Assembly: GCA_951406725.2 (NCBI GenBank)
Contig: OX597828.1
Coordinates: forward strand, 24,242,001 to 24,306,000
Length of the DNA stretch: 64,000 nucleotides
Reading direction: 5' to 3'
DNA from: Octopus vulgaris
Lineage: Eukaryota
Both the position numbers and the translations under genes were made by a program. The notes beneath the pieces are model-generated. The model saw nothing but the letters and a program-made list of their open reading frames with translations, was not told the origin of the DNA and did no database searches. This document shows, piece by piece, positions 54,915-64,000 of the stretch. Positions within the stretch are counted from its first letter, which is position 1. Every line of letters begins with the position of its first letter.

Positions 54915-55728
54915 TGATGAAACCCCTGCATGACCAATTTTGGAGATCTACTGAAGATGTACATGAAACAAAATCTTGGTCTTGATTTAAAAAGGGACAT
55001 TTAGAAAAAGGAACAGAGAGCCTAATTTTTGCAACCCAAGATGAAGCGATAAAAAGCAAATTTAAGAGAAAATATTTATGGAGAGAATGTGGCGGAAAAA
55101 CGAAGGGCTTGTGGGTCTTGGAACGAGACAGTGGCACACTTTGTGGTAGAATGCCCCACGGTGGAACAGGAATAATATAAGAAATGGAGGCAGGACCAGA
55201 TTGTTTCTCACTGCAAACTGTGCAAGAAATAGGGATTTTAGTCTGGAATATCGTGGCACATCATCGAGTTGAAAGAGTACAGGAGTCGGAGAAATGTAAG
55301 ATTTTGTAGGATTTTCTATTCAAAAGGACAGAAGTTAGAAAATAATAGACCGGATATAATAATTATAAATAAAGAAAAACGATATTGTTCGCTGATCGAC
55401 CCATCATGCCCATTTGATTCCAAGATCTTAAAGTAAGGGGATGAAAAACAAAACTAAAGAAATACAATCCCTTAAAATTTGAAATAGGAAGAATTTGAGG
55501 CATGAGAACGGTAAAGGTTAGAACTATGATAATTGGTGCGTTGGGAACAGTAAGCAAAGATATAGACAAATGACTGAAGGAGATTGGAACAGAATGCCCG
55601 GTAGAGTTCCAATACAAAATTTGTCTCTTAGGAACAACAAAGAATATCAAGAGGGTTCTAAGCACTTCATAGTCAACTGAAAACTTGTAGATACCTAAGG
55701 TTACAGGTAGAAACCTGCTACCCACATT
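54915..55728 (+). mobile_element. R4/Dong-like (RLE endonuclease) LINE 3' portion
   Basis: KETESLIFATQDEAI; *DFxIQxD.KLENNRPDI; KY.PLKFEIGRI; IIGALGTV; QYKICLLGT; 3' UTR hairpin ggttacaggtagaaacctgctacc. Confidence 0.85.
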
Positions 55729-57088
55729 GGATCTTTTCATTTTCATGGCCTGATTGTCAGATTTTTCTAGTTAACTAAATAATTTGAAACTTCGTATACT
55801 GGTAGAGTGTCTCAAAAGAAAACACTAGTCCCAACTTGTTTATTTGAGAAAAATGTATTTTATAACTTTAAACATAGATTAAATCTGCGAATTTTAACCA
55901 ATCGTATTGTTTGTTTTCATTTGAAATAATTAACTGCATTAACTTAGTGTGACGTAGAAAGCTATTTTGTGACGTAGACAGCTGTGCGTAGGTCTGTAGC
56001 ATTGATGTACATGTGTGTGTGTGTGCGTGTGTATGTGTGTGTGTGTGTTTGATGGGGTGTGGGAGACAGAAATTATGTTGTGTAGTGGGAGACAGAAAGT
56101 ATGTTGTGTAAGTGAAGTACTTCTGTTAGTGTGTGTGAAGAGACAGGGAGAGTAATGTGTGAAAGAGAGAGATAACTGAAATTTTTTACTCGGTGTATGT
56201 GTATATGTATGTATGCATGTATGTGTGTATGTGTGTGTGTGTATGTATGTATGTGTGTGTGTGTATGTATGTGTGTGTATGTGTGTGTATGTATGTGTGT
56301 GTATGTATGTGTGTGTGTATGTATGTATGTATGGCCGATTCAGTGTTTACATTATTTCGAGTTAAAACGAAAGATTACCAAAAAAAAATTTGTCTATATC
56401 TTCGATCACTGTCATTATTCCATTGAGTCAACCTCATTATTTTCTACATAGCAAAGGTAATCTTTCGTTTTAACTCGAAATAATGTAAACACTGAATCGG
56501 CCATACATACATACACACACACACACATACATACACACACATACATACACACACACGCATACATAGATACATACACACATACATGCATACATACATATAC
56601 ACATACACCGAGTAAAACATTTCAGTTATCACGGAAAGGTCTACTACAAACGAAAGATTGCCAAAGATAAAAAGTTACAGAAATAAAAGTTACACGAATA
56701 AAGTAAGGAATAAAAATCACAAAATATATACGAAAATTTACAAAAACAAAGTTAGTTATATAATATATAAGTTTAATATATAAGTTATATATAAAAACGA
56801 AAGGAATACGGTAACCGGGTGTTTACATTTCACGTATGTTAACTACGTCAGCAAAATAACCGTTTACGTCTATTGAGACGGAGTAAATAATATGAAGCCG
56901 AAAGACCGAATACCATTGGTTAAAATTCTAATTATTAAACAACGTTAAACTTAGAAATTACAATTCCGTTTTCATTCTGGTTTACAATAATGTTTTCTTT
57001 TGACACATTCTACCAGTATACGAAGTTTCAAATTGTTTGGTTAAGTAGGAAAAATCTGACAAATCAGGCCTTGAAAATGAAAAGATCC
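55729..57088. mobile_element. Non-autonomous TIR DNA transposon (Merlin-like: GG..CC ends, 8-bp TSD)
   Basis: ~100-bp TIRs ggatcttttcattttca.ggcctga.. / ..tcaggccttgaaaatgaaaagatcc; TSD cccacatt (55721-55728) / ctcacatt (57089-57096). Confidence 0.85.
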
Positions 57089-57351
57089 CTCACATTAATC
57101 CTACCAGGAATAAGAACGAACCTGAGCCAAACTAAAATAAAAAAGCTGATAAGATAAAGCTGAAGAATGAAATAGAGATGGGGAAGAAGATCAACAACAA
57201 CAATAACAAAACAAGAATGACGTGAAAGGAAATTAATTAGCCTTTCAGTTCATCGCCATCTATTTCCGCCTTTCTTTACAATTTGTTTGTCTCAAGCCTG
57301 CAGCCAATTCACAACATTTCACTCTTCTTTCCATGACACCACGTATATAAC

Positions 57352-57425
<74 letters not shown>

Positions 57426-57542
57426 TATATGTTCATGTATACCTAAGCTGACGTACACACATAAATATGTTCAAATCTATGAATATTTATATAATCATAT
57501 TTATATTTATATCGATATCTATATGTATATATACACACATAC

Positions 57543-57596
<54 letters not shown>

Positions 57597-58399
57597 CTAT
57601 GTATACATATGTATATGCTATGCATATATACATAGTCATACAAGCATACACACACTCATAGACGTTAAAACTAACTTGTTGACGTATAACCATACACAGA
57701 CATCACAAAAGCACACGGTTACACACACACACACACACACACACGCGCGCACACTCACACGCACACTCACACGCACATAGACACACACACGCACACACGC
57801 ACATGTTACATTCATTAGAGGAAACACAATCCATAAATTGATATCCAACACCTCAACACTAGGGAAATTAAGCACTAATACATCATATAATAATTATGAT
57901 AATGATATCTGTTGTCCCTAGACAGAGGCTCTCTGTTACGGATGGGTAGGAGGTATTGTAAGGGCGGATATCAAAATACTGTATCTTTACATTGTCTCTC
58001 ATTTAAAAAATCAAAACATAAATAAGCGGATATCATTATTATATATTTGCTTTTCTTGCGTTTTGATAACCAGTTTTCTGTATGCGTTCGAAAGTATAGG
58101 CACCACGAACGCATATGTTATAGAGCCACCGCACGAAAACACGGCATTGTCTAACCTGGAAGTGCTATAACTAAGTGTTTAAATGGAATAATTACATATT
58201 TTTTGTTGTTTAGTCTGATACGTGGTTAATCTGAAGATAAGATTAATCTTTAAAGCGATGGTTTTTAATATAGGTATAAGGCTTTAAATTTGTTAGGTGC
58301 GAAATAGATGGTTATATCGATTTCAAAAACGTTGGGCACAAGGTCAGCAATTTGTGAGGAGGTGTGTGTTGGTTACATCGACCTCAGCGCTGCGGAGAC

Positions 58400-59290
58400 A
58401 GCAAACGATTACGAGAAAAGTAGAAAACAAGAGCGAGAACGAAACACCTGGGGGAAAGAACTACAAGGACAGCATCTCAGAAAAATGCAGGACCCCCCCA
58501 GCAGAGGAGTCTTGGATATGGATGAAGAACAGAAACCTTTAGAAAGAAATGAAATGATTCATAACAGATGCTCAAAGCCAGTAATTTTGGAATTTCATTA
58601 AGACGAAAATTGAGAAGCCTGCAAAAAGATCAAAGTGCAGAGTGTGTAATGAGGAAGAGGGAACATATTAAATTCCTGTCGTCCTTTGGTGCAGAAGGGA
58701 TACAAAAGCAGATACGACTGTGTGGCGAAGGCACTACCACATAGGGACATATTAGGGCAAAGTGGATATAAAGTAGAAATAATAAATGGTACGAATATCA
58801 ACCTGTAAGTGCAATAGAGAATGACCAACACAAGATTTTGTGGGATTTTTATTACACAGTCTGATTGCAAAATTCATGCAATATATTCATTGATGGCTAA
58901 ATATTATGGTTCTTACGAAAGAGAAAAAAGTGTACCATTATAGATGTGACTATGTCTGTGGATGCTAATTTAGCGGTTAGAGTACAGGAGGAAATAGGAA
59001 AATACCAGGATTTGGCTCGAGAAATATGACGACTACGGAGAGATTCTACAAACGTAATGCTAGTTGTCATAGGTGTCACAAGTACCATCATTAACAGACT
59101 TAGCAGTTCGCTTATTGAGATTGGTTTAATTACGAGAGAGGCATTAATTCAGAAATCTGTTCTATTTATTTGGAAAAGCAAGGATTGTAAGAAAGGCCCT
59201 TGATATTTAAAGAAACTGGTTGTGACCCGGCATCGGGGAACATTGATTCCGAATGCAAACTTTTGGTGCAAACCATGAAAAATAAAATTA
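58400..59290 (+). mobile_element. Decayed R4/Dong-like LINE (RLE region)
   Basis: YKSRYDCVAKAL; ILWDF; NIMVL..KKCTIIDV; IGKYQDLAREI; VVIGV. Confidence 0.75.
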
Positions 59291-59454
59291 GTACATTCAA
59301 ATTTTCGTACAAGGCCAGCAATTTCTCTCTTACTTCCTCTTTGTGTCCTCTTTCACTTTGCAACTCACTTCTTCTTTGAAGCAAGTGTGACACACACAAC
59401 CGGTACGGACAAAAAGAACAAATTGGCATATTTATACTATTGACAATCCTTTAT

Positions 59455-59865
<411 letters not shown>

Positions 59866-59959
59866 CTTAGAATAAGAATAGACAATTTGACCGAAGCAGA
59901 AAACAAACATGAAATTATATCCAGGCATTGAAATGTGAGAGTTACACTTGAAGCATCCA

Positions 59960-60220
59960 TACAAATAATTAAGAAAAGATGAAATTCATAAGAAACAATA
60001 AACAGAAACGAAGGAGAAAATTATACGTGAGCACTACAGAGGATTCATGTTAATATTAAACACTGAACTCGATATTAGAAATAAGACAGCAATTATAACT
60101 ACGCTAACCGTCCAGGAATAAGCTGCTCCTTCAAAGTAATAAATTTGTTGAAATGAAGAATTTTAATAAGAGAAGAACAGGAAATTACTCAGTATTCACA
60201 ATTCAGTAACTGGATGCTAT
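59960..60220 (+). mobile_element. R4/Dong-like RT C-terminal fragment
   Basis: KEKIIREHYRRIHVxLNTELDIRNKTAIITTLTV resembles KEY.RR...IL.TELN..NK..AINT.AVP. Confidence 0.6.
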
Positions 60221-60581
60221 AATCATTTCAGAAGGAAAAAAAAATTAGGAAAATATAGGCAAAGTCAAGTACAGTGGCTATCGTGTCGGTGGCTATTTTC
60301 GCTGGTTATATTTTTTCACGTGAACGTGAAAACTTGTAGGAAGCTGTATGAACATGTGTTGATTATGTTACATGGTTAAGTCCTGACTACGATCAACAAA
60401 CGCCATTGCTATCCAGACTCACAATGATATCAAGGTCCAGCAGTCTCGATATAAATGTTATGGCCTGGATCGAAAATCTTTGTATTCTAATACATATCTC
60501 GGTTCCTTTCTGAGTGAAATAAAACGTTGTTCTACAAAAGCGCAACAATCTGTAAAACATTCGATGATAGAGAAAAGAGAT

Positions 60582-63064
60582 TGTTGTAACGTACAATAAA
60601 TAATACAACCAGACAATGTAACGAACTAACAATTCTCTTTACGAACCAACAATCAATATTCTTTGTGAACTAACCAACCGGCACTTTCCGACTTCACTGC
60701 GAACTAACACGTACTCTTCAGCTCACTTGGCTCGTTACTATTTATACTTTACTTGAACTAGTTTATCCGCCGCAAGGGGGCGTCGTAACTCTTATCACAA
60801 CTCTCCCCTTTTGAGATTTCTACTACTGTGAGAAAGTGGAATTTCTTGTGTTTTGATTTTTTTTCCCTCCAGCACATCTCCTTTTTTGTTTGTTTTTTAG
60901 CTGCTGTATCTTAATTGTTGCCTACTTTTAAGGTAGTATTGTTCGCTGCACACAGCACTTTTTCTTTTCATTGTGCTTAACACCCTTCTTAGCACTTTTG
61001 TTCTGAAAATTTTGTTTAGTTCTTACTTCCAGATATTCAGTCTGTTTTCGCTTCTGAAGCTGGTTCTACAGGGTTCAATATCTCTAGGTACTGGCACTTC
61101 AAACTTATCATAGAAGGCTTCCATTGGTATTACCCTTCGTTCTTCTATGTCATATCAGGTTAAGGTGTTTCTTATGTTCCGCACATTGTCCTTTAATTAA
61201 ATATATCTTGTTGCCTAATCTGTTGATTACACAGCCATCCTCCCAAACTTCTTTACCATTTTTGCAATTTTCAAAATGAAGTATATCTCCTCTTTCAAAA
61301 TGTTTCGTATTATTTCTTGTATTTCCTTCAGATACATTTTCTGCCTTTCCTTTCTATGTATTTTTATATGTAAAAGCGCAATTTTATCTTACGCGCGAAC
61401 ATTAACTCTGCTGGTGAATTTCCTGAATTAGCATTTGGATATGCTGTTATTCTATATACTTTCAAAAATTTCGTTATTATCTCGTCATTAGCTAGCTTGT
61501 TCCCAGTTTTTCTTAGAGCTCTTTTGAACGTATCGACAAATCTTTCCACATGTCCAATTGATCTCGGGTGGTAGGGCGGGGTAAAAATAAGCTTTATGGC
61601 ATGTATTTTGCAGAAATTTCTTCAATCATATCCCATATAATTGTGTGCCATTATCTGAAACTAACGTGTCTGGAACACTGTATCGAGCAAATAACTCGAA
61701 TAGGAACTTTATTGTTTTCTTTGATCTGGGCATATTACATCTGTATATTTCTGACCCCTTTGTATAGCTATCCACAACGATTAGATAGTATGCGCCGTTC
61801 ACTGGTCCAGCGTAGTTGATTTGTATCCTGGACCATGGGCTCTCAGTCTTTGTGCGTAGACCTCGTTTGTTCGAGAGTACTTGCGGAAACATTGTTTGAG
61901 ATTTTCTCTTTAAACCTTGAGATGAATTATTTTTAGAGGGATAATCATTTACGTTTTTACAATAGAGATTTATGGAGAAGTCCCAGAAATCGAAATATTC
62001 TAACCAATTGGTACCAAACAACTCAGTTGCATTTTTAAAGACGAAGACTTTCGCCTTGCATATTTTCCCTCGAAATGTGACTTTAGTCCACATTTTGTGT
62101 ATGAAGTGTGATTTGTTGCTCGTCACGCTACGAGCAGATTTCGTTGTTTTTCTCAACATATGTGGAGTGGCTCTGTGGTAAGTAGCTTGTTTACCAACCA
62201 CATGGATCCGGGTTCAGTCCCACTGCGTGGCACCTTGGGCAAGTGTCTTCTACTATAGCCTCGGGCCGACCAAAGCCTTGTGAGTGGATTTGGTAGACGG
62301 AAACTGAAAGAAGCCCGTCGTATATATATATATATGTGTGTATGCGTGTATGTTTGTGTGTCTGTGTTTGTCCCCCAAGCATTGCTTGACAACCGATGCT
62401 TGTGTGTTTACGTCCCCGTCACTTAGCGGTTCGGCAAAAGAGACCGATAGAATAATTACTAGGCTTACAAAGAATAAGTCCTGGGGTCGAGTTGCTCGAT
62501 TAAAAAGGCGGTGCTCCAGCATGGCCGCAGTCAAATGACTGAAACAAGTAAAAGAGTAAAAGAGTATATGTTTCCTTATTTTCTTCCATATTTTCTTCCA
62601 TATCTATTATTGGAATATCACTTCCAATTGAAACTTAATATGTATTCCATTTAATTTTACATGTACTAATTTTCGTATTTGGGAGTCGATTTTTGTTTCT
62701 GCTGAGAGCACTCTAGTATTTTTAACGTTTGACTTTCTTAATGTTGTTCTGTAATGTGAACTCTTGTGACCAATTCTTCTGCAACTGTAACATTTTTTGA
62801 TTTTTAAATTGACAGTTCTTTTCTAAAATGCATGCCCTCAAATCCAAAACATGGATAAAGACGTGGCGCTCTTTTGTGGTTGTATTTTTCCCGTCGGCAT
62901 ATCTGTACTTTTGAGGACTCACTTTCTCAAATTTTACCACCCTTTGACATTCTTCTACCACGGAGTGTAATGATAGATCTTCCAATTTTACTATTGATAC
63001 AGTTTATACGTAACTCGAACCAGCATATCTCTCGCAAAAGGGCGTCGTAACTCTCATCACAACA
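60582..63064 (-). mobile_element. Internally deleted Gypsy LTR retrotransposon (K02A2.6-like integrase) with 5-bp TSD GAGAT
   Basis: TSD gagat at 60577-60581 and 63065-63069; termini TGTTGT..ACAACA; 3' LTR 60582-60802; PPT 60803-60812; integrase PWSRIQINYAGP..LIVVDSYTK..PDTLVSDNGTQ..ERFVDTFKRAL. Confidence 0.92.
62164..62565 (+). mobile_element. SINE family A nested in the Gypsy element
   Basis: tRNA head, caccttgggcaagtgtctt CORE-like motif, tail cagcatggccgcagtcaaatgactgaaacaag(taaaagag)n; atatgt on both sides. Confidence 0.93.
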
Positions 63065-63156
63065 GAGATGATGCTACTCCTTGAACCATATAAACACATA
63101 AGTGCAGTTTTCTAGTTTCTGTGACGTGTACGAGTTGGCATCAAAGAATTCCCAGA

Positions 63157-63551
63157 CTCTCTTTACTCTTTACTCTTTACTCTCTCTTTTACTCTTTTTA
63201 CTTGTTTCAGTCATTTTGACTGCGGCCATGCTGGAGCACCGCCTTTAGTCGAGCAAATCTACTTATTCTATCGGTCTCTTTTGCCGAACCACTAAGTGAC
63301 GGGGACGTAAACACACCAGCATCGGTTGTCAAGCAATGCTAGGGGGACAAACACAGACACATACATACATATATATATACATATATACGACAGGCTTCTT
63401 TCAGTTTCCGTCTACCAAATCCACTCACAAGGCATTGGTCGGCCCGGGGCTATAGCAGAAGACACTTGCCCAAGATGCCACGCAGTGGGACTGAACCCGG
63501 AACCATGTGGCTGGTTAGCAAGCTACTTACCACACAGCCACTCCTGCGCCT
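63157..63551 (-). mobile_element. SINE family A (young)
   Basis: Near-identical to 16270-16672. Confidence 0.93.
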
Positions 63552-63569
63552 AGTTATGTTTAATTAAAA

Positions 63570-64000
63570 ATAACTTATTTATCTTCGAAATAGTCACCTT
63601 GTGCAACAATTCACCGGTTTCTGTCACTTTTGGAATACGGCCTGGAATTTGTTTTTCCGTAAGCGATTCGCTCTGGATCACGACAGCGGTATTAAGCTTT
63701 GAGCTGAATTTTCATCCTTAGGAAGAGATAGAAATCCACGGGAGCTAAATCTAGCAAATAGAGCCGATGCGGAAGCGACACCATGTAGTTTTGGTAAGAA
63801 ACTCATAGTGAGAGCTCGGTGACAGGGTGCAAGCCATCGTAAAGAATCTAGTGGTTCGGTTTGCCTGCAGGGACCCTTAAGACAGATCGACAACATCAGC
63901 AATATTGTTGATTGTTCATCGACGATCTTCATGCAAGAGCCGATGAATTTTCTTCACATTTCTGGGAGTGACCCTCGTGGTAGGTCTTTCATATTGCTCA
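63570..64000 (-). pseudogene. Second mariner transposase remnant, internally deleted, running off the window
   Basis: RPTTRVTPRNVKKIHRLLHEDRR*TINNIADVVDLS (HTH); DLAPVDFYLF; terminal GDYFE. Confidence 0.8.

Overview
AT-rich, microsatellite-dense eukaryotic genomic DNA. The SINE repertoire resembles that of coleoid cephalopods (Octopus); this is inferred from recalled sequence similarity, not from a search. I find no intact host protein-coding gene, and almost all ORFs in the track are microsatellite or SINE read-throughs. The window is a graveyard of transposable elements: mariner pseudogenes and a MITE, a FLYWCH/MULE transposase pseudogene, CR1-like, RTE-like and R4/Dong-like LINE remnants, a Gypsy LTR element with a 5-bp TSD, Helitron-like ends, a Merlin-like TIR element with an 8-bp TSD, and at least three tRNA-derived SINE families. 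The most interesting signal is a dense set of roughly 15 minimal type I hammerhead ribozyme (HHR) motifs of the kind carried by Penelope-like elements. They lie in short non-coding elements whose 3' ends abut (TA)n or other microsatellites. Four of these are 330-470 bp fold-back palindromes whose inversion point lies at or next to the ribozyme. One of them (32927-33253) is a perfect palindrome with an intact HHR on each strand.
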